NCBI GenBank assembly: GCA_965261915.1
Contig: CBDHDW010000013.1
Span: 2,804,561-2,868,560, forward strand
Source of the DNA: Candidatus Poriferihabitaceae bacterium
Lineage (GTDB): Bacteria > Pseudomonadota > Gammaproteobacteria > Arenicellales > Poriferihabitantaceae
DNA: 64,000 bases
Reading direction: 5' to 3'
In this document: positions 39,730 through 48,336 of the stretch, in pieces
How the letters are laid out: the number at the start of each line of letters is the position of its first letter
Numbering within the stretch: the first letter of the stretch is position 1
The notes under the pieces: generated by a model
The model's input: only the letters and a program-made list of their open reading frames with translations
Databases searched by the model: none
What the model was told of the DNA's origin: nothing
Position numbers and translations under genes: made by a program

Positions 39730-41790
39730 CTACATCTCCGTATTAAAAACGAGCTTCAGTATTGCGCCATGACTGAACTCAGCTGGCAACGCCTCGGCTT
39801 CTGAACTGCTATGGGTCAGCCTGCCATAATGGGCTTGCATTATTTGCTCGACTAAATGCAAGCCAATACCCATACTGCTTTCATCGAACCTGCCTGAAAT
39901 AAAAGGACTCTTGGCAGATTCAAAACTCATATTAAAGCCATTACCGTTATCAGCAATAATCACATTTAACTCATTACTTTCCTGATAAGCCTTGATGTAA
40001 ATTTTCCTGGATTTAATCTTGTATTCTTTTAGCCAATACACCGCATTGTCCAAAATATTGGTGAACGCGCCGACAATCAAATTCTTTTTGGCTACGATGT
40101 GAAGATCTTCGGCTACCTCTGTGATTATTTCAATGCTATGGCTATCAAACCTATACTGAAAATTAAATACCGATTGATTGACGATTTTAAGGAGTTGATG
40201 TGAGCTGGTTTTTTTATCTATTTTTATCGCCTGTTTGTAGGTTAAGACAACATTCTTTAGATGTAAAAATATACTTTCAGCAAAGTCATATTTCTTTTCT
40301 TTTAACGCTTTCTCCAGCCCGTCGATTATTTTATCAATTTCGTGAATAACAAAAGTTAAATTTAGACCGGCGTTTGAAGCATGAAGGAAAACATCTTTGA
40401 TATGCTTAAATTCCTTTGAGAAGATTTGTAATTGCGTAATTATTTTTTCTTTTTTCTTGTCTTCAATTTCAAAACTTTTTACCGTGCTGATAATGTTTTC
40501 TACCCTGACAGAAATTTCCCCCTTGTCATATTCTTTGCCAATGTAGGCAAGTTTTAATTGTTCTTTATCATCTTGCCTTAATTTATTGACTATTTCTAAT
40601 GACTTGTTGAGTGCGTTTCTAAAATATGCGAAAGCCTCATTATGTATAAAACCTTCTCGGTTGGTTTTTTCGGTTAACCCTGAACTTCCGTCTCTGCTTA
40701 GCTCAACACTGGCTAAAATCTGATTAAATCCAATATGATCGCCTAGTTTTTTTGCTCTGGTTTTATCCAAATTCAAAATGTCATTATCTTTCCCTTCCTC
40801 GCCATAGTTATAAACTCGCATCCTGTCCCTATAGACCCTAATGCCACCATTTACTTTCAAATAATCCTTGATGTCTTTATCAATTTTCTCTCCCAACACG
40901 GTCGCCAATTTATACTCATAGATATAGCCTCTAAAACATATAGCCCCTAAATCTACAGTAGATTCTATGTTTTCAAAATTATGGATTACTTTTTCCAAGT
41001 CACATTTTGTTATAATCCTAGGCTTAACTTTATGATTATTGTTTGTTAGTAACTTATATTCAAAATTGATGATTCTATTTTTTCTAAACTCAATGTTAAA
41101 TTCGAATAGTGCTCTATGCTTAATATCATCAATAGTAATTTCTTCCTGATTAACAAATAATCCATTGTGATGATAAAGCTGAATTATGAAGTCATCGATA
41201 GATTGAAAAGGGGACTGTAATTTTTGCAAATCACTGCTAATATTTTGAATATCCGCATCTGTAAACTGTTCCTTTAAATCTTTTATAATGATTTTCGTAC
41301 CAGTCGCATTCATCACTTCTGGCACATCATTTTCTATTACTTTTATCGGCTCAATATCATTTAGGCTGTCGCACTCTTCAAACAATTTCCAATCAACATT
41401 AAAATGAACTTCTGGCTTATTTTCAGATTTAGAATAAATCTCTATTTTATTACCCAAGCGATGCACACCTAGACGACCAATGCCTTTTTCACCAAGCGGG
41501 TGCCTATGATACTTTTTTGTTCTTTGCGGGTTTGACTTGTTTTTGCTACTTACGCCGGGTTTTAACCAAACATTTTTTATAATATCAATGCCCATACCTA
41601 TACCATCGTCTTCTATGATAATGCTGTGCGGTGTAATTTTTATCTTGACGGTATTAGCATCTGCATCGTAGGCATTTTTTACTAGCTCTGATATGGCAAT
41701 TTTATGATCGTGAATTAATTCTTCGCCCAGCAGCACAATAATTTTAGGCGAAAATTCAAATTTGAATGTATGTCTCATTGTTTCTTCCAT
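39730..41790 (-). CDS. double-GHKL protein: MORC/MutL-type ATPase module plus C-terminal histidine-kinase-like core
   Basis: N-terminal ELVKNAYDADA, IEDDGIGM, GEKGIGRLG. C-terminal candidate H-box LTFVIHEIDKII, then NILDNAVYW, IADNGNGF, MGIGLHLV. Met5 (41778) gives an ATGA overlap with the upstream stop. Confidence 0.7.
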   Translation of the reverse strand: MEETMRHTFKFEFSPKIIVLLGEELIHDHKIAISELVKNAYDADANTVKIKITPHSIIIEDDGIGMGIDIIKNVWLKPGVSSKNKSNPQRTKKYHRHPLGEKGIGRLGVHRLGNKIEIYSKSENKPEVHFNVDWKLFEECDSLNDIEPIKVIENDVPEVMNATGTKIIIKDLKEQFTDADIQNISSDLQKLQSPFQSIDDFIIQLYHHNGLFVNQEEITIDDIKHRALFEFNIEFRKNRIINFEYKLLTNNNHKVKPRIITKCDLEKVIHNFENIESTVDLGAICFRGYIYEYKLATVLGEKIDKDIKDYLKVNGGIRVYRDRMRVYNYGEEGKDNDILNLDKTRAKKLGDHIGFNQILASVELSRDGSSGLTEKTNREGFIHNEAFAYFRNALNKSLEIVNKLRQDDKEQLKLAYIGKEYDKGEISVRVENIISTVKSFEIEDKKKEKIITQLQIFSKEFKHIKDVFLHASNAGLNLTFVIHEIDKIIDGLEKALKEKKYDFAESIFLHLKNVVLTYKQAIKIDKKTSSHQLLKIVNQSVFNFQYRFDSHSIEIITEVAEDLHIVAKKNLIVGAFTNILDNAVYWLKEYKIKSRKIYIKAYQESNELNVIIADNGNGFNMSFESAKSPFISGRFDESSMGIGLHLVEQIMQAHYGRLTHSSSEAEALPAEFSHGAILKLVFNTEM

Positions 41791-43049
41791 CCGATAACCA
41801 CGAATTCTTCTGCATAAATTTTTCTACTGCTTTTATTGCTAGCAAACCTGCCGTTTTTGGTTCTATAAGGCGTTAAAAACTTGTTGGATATTTTTCTTTT
41901 GCAAACTTCTATCTTGGTGTATCCTGCCTCGAACATGCTTTCGGTTAAATGTTTTGCATTATCGATACGGACTTGCTTGTATTCAGTATTACCAATGACG
42001 AATAAAGCATAACCACCAGGATTCAATAATAAATAAGATTTCTGTATAACTTTCTGCATATCCACAAAGTATTTGGCTGCATTCTTAGCCCTGTTTTTGT
42101 CAACCTCCATTAGTTCGTCAACATTGATAAGCCCTGTTTTGTTTAGTTTGTCTCTGTTCTTATTAAAATCAGAGATATGGAATGAACTACCGATTGAACC
42201 TTTTCTAAAAACCCTAAAATCACTTGCAAAATCAAGCCATAATAAACTCATTTGATGTAAATCAGCGTATTCATAAGAAGTTACATAGGGGGGACTTGTT
42301 ACCAACAAATCCACTTTTTTATTGGTAATTCTCTTTTTCATAAAGTTTCGCGTCTCAATAATGACGCTCACATTTTTGGGAATTATATTTTCCAGATTAG
42401 CTTTTTTCATTACCTTGAATTGTTTATAAAAAGCATCCCAAACATTCACTACTTTCTTCTCATGGTCGATAGTTGGCTTTATTGATTTTTGCAACCATCT
42501 GGATGTTGGCTTAAGGATGTTGGAAAAAGCACAAAGGAAAAAATTTCTATACTTGCTTTTTGCCGAAATACTGCAGTATATGGCTGATTTGAGTTTGTCT
42601 AACTCCTCAATTTGTTGAATATCAAACCAATATTTGATTCTCTCATTAATGTTGGAAAGTGACTTTTGTTTTGCCATAGCACGATTAAATTCATCGGCTA
42701 TTTCAATAAAATATTTATCCAGCGTAGCCTGCTTATATGTGCCACTTTTTACTTTTGCAATAAGAGTAGCAACGGGGTTAATGTCACATCCCCAAAAATC
42801 TTTACCATTTCGTGACGCTTCATAGGCGACAGTGCCACAACCGCAGAATATGTCCGCCACGACATTAACTTCAAATTTCCTAGAAGAAGCGATTTGCAAT
42901 GCCTTATTCGTAATAAATGCGGGAAATTTAGCCGGATATGTATGAATTTGATGCATTTTGTTTTCCTGCTGATGCTCATAATTCCATTGTGGATCAATTT
43001 CTAATGCATCAAAATCAACCCATTGTAAATCCTCGTTTTTTATTAACAT
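41775..43049 (-). CDS. DNA methyltransferase, alpha-type motif order, SPPY motif IV (N4-cytosine or N6-adenine)
   Basis: IHTYPAKFP, motif I DIFCGCGT, CDINPVA, about 180 aa spacer, motif IV LLVTSPPY. Confidence 0.8.
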   Translation of the reverse strand: MLIKNEDLQWVDFDALEIDPQWNYEHQQENKMHQIHTYPAKFPAFITNKALQIASSRKFEVNVVADIFCGCGTVAYEASRNGKDFWGCDINPVATLIAKVKSGTYKQATLDKYFIEIADEFNRAMAKQKSLSNINERIKYWFDIQQIEELDKLKSAIYCSISAKSKYRNFFLCAFSNILKPTSRWLQKSIKPTIDHEKKVVNVWDAFYKQFKVMKKANLENIIPKNVSVIIETRNFMKKRITNKKVDLLVTSPPYVTSYEYADLHQMSLLWLDFASDFRVFRKGSIGSSFHISDFNKNRDKLNKTGLINVDELMEVDKNRAKNAAKYFVDMQKVIQKSYLLLNPGGYALFVIGNTEYKQVRIDNAKHLTESMFEAGYTKIEVCKRKISNKFLTPYRTKNGRFASNKSSRKIYAEEFVVIGWKKQ

Positions 43050-43131
43050 GACCCTGTCTTACAACCTCTATTTGTTTGTTTTAGCATAGCGGGATTTCTG
43101 ATTGTGTTATAGGCCTGGTTTAATAGTTTCA

Positions 43132-43536
43132 TCAGTCGCCGATATATTGTTGTTTTAAGGCGGAAATAACCCCGGCCATTTGGACAAAGTCTTTATCGTT
43201 GTGGAGCAGGGTAACCTCATTCTCGATGGCACATTGGGCAATCAGGCAATCGATGGATGAGCGAATGATAATGCCTTTTTTGCGGCAACGGCTATAGATA
43301 AGTGCGGCGTTTTCATAGCTTTGCCAATTATCTTTTAAGGTATAGAAAGTTTGTGCTTGAAGATAGTATTTATAAGTGGCAACTATTTTTTTGTTTCTAG
43401 CCCCTTGCAGGATTTCGGTGTAAATCAATGGCATCAAGGCGCAATCACCACTGGGTAGGGATTTCAAAAATAAGGCGGATGCTGCATCCGCCTTATTGAT
43501 GGCATTAATCCAAACCGACGAGTCCACTAAATACAT
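43132..43536 (-). CDS. vapC: PIN-domain toxin
   Basis: MYLVDSSVWI (first acidic residue), 134 aa, 1-nt overlap with the upstream antitoxin gene. Confidence 0.85.
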   Translation of the reverse strand: MYLVDSSVWINAINKADAASALFLKSLPSGDCALMPLIYTEILQGARNKKIVATYKYYLQAQTFYTLKDNWQSYENAALIYSRCRKKGIIIRSSIDCLIAQCAIENEVTLLHNDKDFVQMAGVISALKQQYIGD

Positions 43537-43775
43537 TATTCTTGATCCGCCAGGCGATTTTTGCGTAAGGCTTTGTAATCATAGCCTTCGTAAAGCCCAC
43601 CAATTCCTTTTAACTCGCGAATATCAGGCTTGTTCTTTGGTTTACGTTTGGCAATGAATTCTCTTAAGGCAGCGTCTATCAAGGCGCGCCTAGTTTTTAG
43701 GTTGCTTAGTTTTAATGCCTCTTGCACGACATTTTCATCTAAAACAATATTGGTTCTATGGGCACTGTTTAGCAT
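43536..43775 (-). CDS. vapB: VapB-family antitoxin
   Basis: RTNIVLDENVVQEALKLSNLKTRRALIDAALREFI pattern of VapB (DUF2191-type) antitoxins. Confidence 0.8.
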   Translation of the reverse strand: MLNSAHRTNIVLDENVVQEALKLSNLKTRRALIDAALREFIAKRKPKNKPDIRELKGIGGLYEGYDYKALRKNRLADQE

Positions 43776-43940
43776 TGGTCGCTCCGGTTAAGTGGGTTAA
43801 TCGTAGTGTTTGATGTGTATTGTCCATGTTATGTGTATGGTTGCAAAATAACAAGAAAAATAACCGCACTGATCGATGTTTTATGGGCGAATGGTTATTG
43901 CTTCTACGATACGGCGCAGGAATTAGATGGCGTTACATGT

Positions 43941-43996
43941 GGAAAACCTGGCGGGTTTGGTTGTTTCACTGGATTCCTGCTTTCGCAGGAATGACG
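43941..43996. repeat. intergenic repeat ending in the palindromic element
   Basis: GGAAAACCTGGCGGGTTTGGTTGTTTCACTGGATTCCTGCTTTCGCAGGAATGACG, then a partial extra GCGGGAATGGCG. Confidence 0.85.
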
Positions 43997-44019
43997 GGGG
44001 TGCGGGAATGGCGGCGGGC

Positions 44020-47000
44020 TTAGGTATATGATTGCGAAATGACGATGGTTGGCTGGATGTTTTTAAGTTTTTTTGCTTGCTCTGGGTTATCTTCTATATG
44101 GCGGTTAAGGTCATATGTTTGAATGATGTCCAAGGTATTTTCCAATACCACAACAGGCTGGATATTTTTACCTCTTATATTGTTATTTAATCTGTTGATA
44201 TTTCTGGTTAGGTTTTGAAAGCGTTTCTGTTTAATTTGTTCGATTGCCAGCTTTATTTTGTCTGGTTCCTCGTCATTGGCGGCATTGATTTCGGAGAGAG
44301 CTAGCATTGCTTTTAGAAAGCGAATCGCATTTTCTTCCACCACCGCTAAGGTGTTATTTTGATTGTCATTGACAATATCTTGTGCTGTTTCAGATTTGAA
44401 TTTATCTAATGCCGATGATACCTGGCTGTGATGCCCATCAGGTAAGTTTACTGCCGGGGTGTCGGGGATGCATTTTAATAATTTGGCGGTTTGGATAAAG
44501 CTGTAGGTTTTAATGAAAGGGGCAATGTTATTTTCATTGCCGACATTTTCTGCTTCAGGTTTCAGCATATAAAACCGACTGCTGCCCTTGCCTTCGGTGC
44601 GAGCAAAAACCAGCGTTCCGCCTTTATGGGTAGCGTTTTTCACTGCATTTCTGACCTTGCTCGGCAACCCCTTGATGCGTTTATAGGCGGCTGGGTCATT
44701 TTTTCTGAACTGCCGTATTTCTTCTAAAAACGGGATGGTTTCATTCACTTCTTCTTTGATATTTTCATCAAATATGCCGAATGTATCGACTTCTTCATCG
44801 GTTGAATAAATTTGCGAATCTTCGCCTAAGGCCGAATGAAAGGCTTGCAGTTTAATCAATGCTTTTTTCCGCAGTTCAATATCATCGTCAATTTGCGCGG
44901 TCGGATAGAAATTATGGACAAAGATATGGTTCGCCGTTTGTCCGATACGGTTGACCCGGCCGATGCGTTGCATCAGTTTGGTGGCATTCCACGGCGTATC
45001 ATAATTGATTACCGTGTTGGCTCGGTGCAGGTTGACACCCTCGGCTAATACATCTGTGGTTAAGAGAATTTGATGTCTATTTAGCTTGTCTGCGGCATCT
45101 ATGTTGGCATCAAAATTATTTTTAATGGTTTGCTTGAGTTGATTGCGGTTTTTAGCATTGACGCTGAGTGTTTTTTCGCTGTATTCGGTTTGTTTTATTT
45201 TCTTTGTTAGATAGTTCATGGTGTCGGTGCTTTCGGTAAACAGCACGATTTTCTGCTTTGGATTGTTTTGTTTGTCTAAAAAATTTGGCAGTCGGGTTAA
45301 AAACTCATGCAGTTTTGGGTCGCCGGTTTCGATTATGCCGTCCCAATCCGATTTTAGTTTTTTTAACATGTCGTAGTCATGTTTGACACCATCAATAAAG
45401 CCCTCTTCAAAATCATCGTGACAACAAACAATAATACTGGGGTCGGTTAGACTTTCAGTGGCAATAAGCTCCATTAATTCGTCTTCTTTGTCGTCCAATA
45501 TAAGACTATTTACATCAATGTTTGGGGCGATAATGATTTTATTTTTAACAATCATTGTTAGCATCACCTCTGATGATTTGATAAAACGCCCTAAGGTTTG
45601 CCCAAAGGCATAAAAACTGCTGTCCATTCTTTTCAGTAACAGTGTTTTCATAATACCAACCAAGCGATCAGCAATAAAATCGGCTCTTTTATATTGTTGT
45701 TTGAATTCTGGTTTTAGATAGTGCAAAGCACGGTAGCGGGTATGAAGTAAGCCGCTTTTATTTTGCTTTTTGTTATCAATTTTTTTGATGGTGCTGTCGT
45801 ATAGTTGCTCCAGTTTCGCTTCCAATTTATAGTAAATTTTTTGTGGTGGAGTTGTGTGTGGAAACACAATGCCATGCTCCAGCAAATCTTGTTTGTAACG
45901 CTTGTTTGCCAATAAATCAGTGCGGGTTCGGCGCACCATAAGCGGCGTGATAACGCTTCCGCGGATTTTTTCATACAGTGCTGCTGTTCGCTGACGAGCT
46001 ATGTGTTTATCCGGCATTCTTAGAATGTCCTTATATTCTTTATTTACCTTAGTAAAAAATTTTGCGAGATGGAAATCAAGCGTTGAATTGTTGCCGTCCT
46101 GGAACAATAAAATCTGGTGGTATAAATCATTCGGGCGGTTATTCAGCGGCGTGGCGGAAATGAGCATCACTTTTTTCTCCTTGCCGCCCTTGTCCTTATC
46201 GTGTTCGGTTTTGGTTTTGCAAATGCGTTGTAATTGGTCGTATGCTTCTGCGCTATCGTTGCGAAATTTATGCGCCTCATCGACAATGACCATATCATAG
46301 TCTTTGGCGTTGGTAATATTGTGCAAACTGCCGTTGGTAATAATCTGAAAGGCATCATCTATCTTAAAACTTGCTAAGGTATCCTCCCAGTTTTGTTTTA
46401 GTGCCGGCGGAATCACCAATAAAATTTTAGAACGATAATCAGGATAGCCATTGTGGTAATAAAACTGACGCGCAATTAAAACAGCAATAACGGTTTTGCC
46501 TAAACCGACCACATCGGCGAGAAAAAAGCCATTGTGTTTTTTTAGCATTTGCCAGCCTTCATTGACCGCATCCATTTGATAGGACAGACGCTTAAAGTCA
46601 TCGGGCAAGTCTTTAATAGAGTTCGGGTCAAATTCAATTTCCGCACCAAAATATTCAATCAGGCATTTCAAATACAGTTCATAGGGCGTGATGTTATCGG
46701 CTAAATAGGTTTTTTTGAGGCTGTCTTCGGCGACTTGTGGCAGTATTTCTATGCCTTCCTGCCATAATTTTTCGAACTCGGCAGTGGCAAATTGAATATC
46801 GTTATAGTCGTTTAACAACACATTAAATTCGTAATTAGGACTGCTTCCTGTGCCCAATCCGGCATCGGTGAGGTTTGACGAGCCGGTAATCACGCTGCCG
46901 CCTTTATGCGGGTTGTAGTCATCGGGGCGAAAAATATATATCTTGGCATGAATGGCGCGGCTCGGATGCGCTTTGATTTGCACTTTTTGGGTTTTTATAT

Positions 47001-47364
47001 CCTCAATAAACTGCACAATGCCCTGCTCGGTTTGGGCATCATAATTGGCTTCTTGAACATCAGTGCTGAATTTCTTCTGCCAGTCTTTGATGGTTTTTTC
47101 GCGGTCTCCATTAAATAAGGCTAATCCATCCGCGTGCATTTCTTTGGTTATTTTATCGACATCGATACCCACCAGAATGCGGATGTGGGCGATATTTTCC
47201 AGCAATGGTCGCAGTTTGAAATACCCTGAAGAGCGGAAATAACCGACCAGAACATCAAAATTATTGATGTTTTGGTTGTGCTGAAAAATGCCTTCAAGTT
47301 TGTTGAATAAGGTGTTTTCCTGGCAGTTGGTAAAGAATTTGCTGTTCATTAGTTTTTCCATCAA
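44020..47364 (-). CDS. PLD-family nuclease domain fused to an SNF2-type helicase
   Basis: Single HKD: AIHAKIYIF...VITGSSNLT; helicase motif I DVVGLGKTVIAV, motif II VIVDEAHKFRN, C-terminal TTDVLAEGVNL...QRIGRVNR. Confidence 0.85.
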   Translation of the reverse strand: MMEKLMNSKFFTNCQENTLFNKLEGIFQHNQNINNFDVLVGYFRSSGYFKLRPLLENIAHIRILVGIDVDKITKEMHADGLALFNGDREKTIKDWQKKFSTDVQEANYDAQTEQGIVQFIEDIKTQKVQIKAHPSRAIHAKIYIFRPDDYNPHKGGSVITGSSNLTDAGLGTGSSPNYEFNVLLNDYNDIQFATAEFEKLWQEGIEILPQVAEDSLKKTYLADNITPYELYLKCLIEYFGAEIEFDPNSIKDLPDDFKRLSYQMDAVNEGWQMLKKHNGFFLADVVGLGKTVIAVLIARQFYYHNGYPDYRSKILLVIPPALKQNWEDTLASFKIDDAFQIITNGSLHNITNAKDYDMVIVDEAHKFRNDSAEAYDQLQRICKTKTEHDKDKGGKEKKVMLISATPLNNRPNDLYHQILLFQDGNNSTLDFHLAKFFTKVNKEYKDILRMPDKHIARQRTAALYEKIRGSVITPLMVRRTRTDLLANKRYKQDLLEHGIVFPHTTPPQKIYYKLEAKLEQLYDSTIKKIDNKKQNKSGLLHTRYRALHYLKPEFKQQYKRADFIADRLVGIMKTLLLKRMDSSFYAFGQTLGRFIKSSEVMLTMIVKNKIIIAPNIDVNSLILDDKEDELMELIATESLTDPSIIVCCHDDFEEGFIDGVKHDYDMLKKLKSDWDGIIETGDPKLHEFLTRLPNFLDKQNNPKQKIVLFTESTDTMNYLTKKIKQTEYSEKTLSVNAKNRNQLKQTIKNNFDANIDAADKLNRHQILLTTDVLAEGVNLHRANTVINYDTPWNATKLMQRIGRVNRIGQTANHIFVHNFYPTAQIDDDIELRKKALIKLQAFHSALGEDSQIYSTDEEVDTFGIFDENIKEEVNETIPFLEEIRQFRKNDPAAYKRIKGLPSKVRNAVKNATHKGGTLVFARTEGKGSSRFYMLKPEAENVGNENNIAPFIKTYSFIQTAKLLKCIPDTPAVNLPDGHHSQVSSALDKFKSETAQDIVNDNQNNTLAVVEENAIRFLKAMLALSEINAANDEEPDKIKLAIEQIKQKRFQNLTRNINRLNNNIRGKNIQPVVVLENTLDIIQTYDLNRHIEDNPEQAKKLKNIQPTIVISQSYT

Positions 47365-47371
47365 TTTACGC

Positions 47372-47904
47372 TCAATGTTGAATCACCACAAGCGCGGCAA
47401 GCGGGGTGTTGGTTTTGAGTGAGACTTGGTTTAACTCAAATCGGGTTGGGAAGTTGTCGGTGCAATCAATCAGCACGTCTATATCCTGACTGTGTTCGAG
47501 AAAATCAGTGTAATCGAGCGAATAATCGGGCGTCTCAATTTCAATCGCTGGGTTGATTGCACGCAAGGAATTGGCCGCGGATTGGGCTTTTAATTCGCCT
47601 ATATCGCACTGGCTGTGGATAATCTGCCGCTGTAAATTCGATTCATCGACTTGGTCAAAATCGGCAATACGCATTCGCCCGACACCGGCGGCCGCTAAAT
47701 ACAATGCCACTGGCGAGCCAAGCCCACACCCATGCCGACAATGAAAATATTAGACTTCGCCAATATCGCCTGCCCTTTTGTACCGATTCTGGGCAAGCGG
47801 ATTTGGCGACTGTAACGGGTCTTAAAATTAGCTGTGTTCATGAGCTTGTCGAAAAATAGAGTTTTTAGCTTGTTGTGAATATTGAAGCCCTTGTTATTAA
47901 ACAT
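47372..47904 (-). pseudogene. ThiF/MoeB-type E1-like adenylyltransferase, frameshifted and 3'-truncated
   Basis: RYSRQIRLPRIGTKGQAIL...IVGMGVG in one frame and ALYLAAAGVGRMRIADFDQVDESNLQRQIIH in another; ends at the island edge. Confidence 0.7.
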
Positions 47905-47946
47905 TTCATTTTCTTAAAACTGGGCTGATTTTGAATTAACCGACAA
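47844..47946. repeat. 103-bp direct repeat, copy A (covers the 5' end and leader of the moeB/thiF remnant)
   Basis: Aligns without gaps, with roughly 10 percent mismatches by eye, to 48337-48439. Confidence 0.85.
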
Positions 47947-48095
47947 GCCCTTCAGGTCATTCACGGGTGTGTATTGTAAACCATAGAGTATCTAGTGACT
48001 GCCTTTTTACATGCTTGCGGGAATGATGTTTCTTGTACGGTTGTGGTTTATGGCATTATTCTCTGGATTCCCGCCGAGAGACTGTGCAAGAAACC

Positions 48096-48174
48096 CTCGT
48101 TAGGTCGCGTTACCGGTGGAAAACCCTTACGGGTTTGGCTGTTTTACTGGGTTCCTGTTTTCGCAGGAATGACG
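48096..48174. repeat. intergenic repeat ending in a palindromic element (variant)
   Basis: CTCGTTAGGTCGCGTTACCGGTGGAAAACCCTTACGGGTTTGGCTGTTTTACTGGGTTCCTGTTTTCGCAGGAATGACG. Confidence 0.85.
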
Positions 48175-48336
48175 AAATATTGGATTTTTGCAGAATCTCC
48201 GACATCGGGTACTCTCCTGTGTATAGATTGAGTCACTGATATAGAGGACAACCCAATTTTTTATAGTGGGCACTTTGCACGATAGTTCTTTTGTATTCGG
48301 TGTCAAAAGCACTCCCATTTGCTCATTGATAAGCGG

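Noticed and set aside
34190-47364. Classification as BREX, DISARM or classical type I/III RM
   Set aside because: There are no PglZ, BrxC, BrxL or BrxA-like proteins, no DrmA/DrmB (DUF1998), and no HsdS or Res. Only individual domains (PglX-like MTase, SNF2, PLD) are shared.
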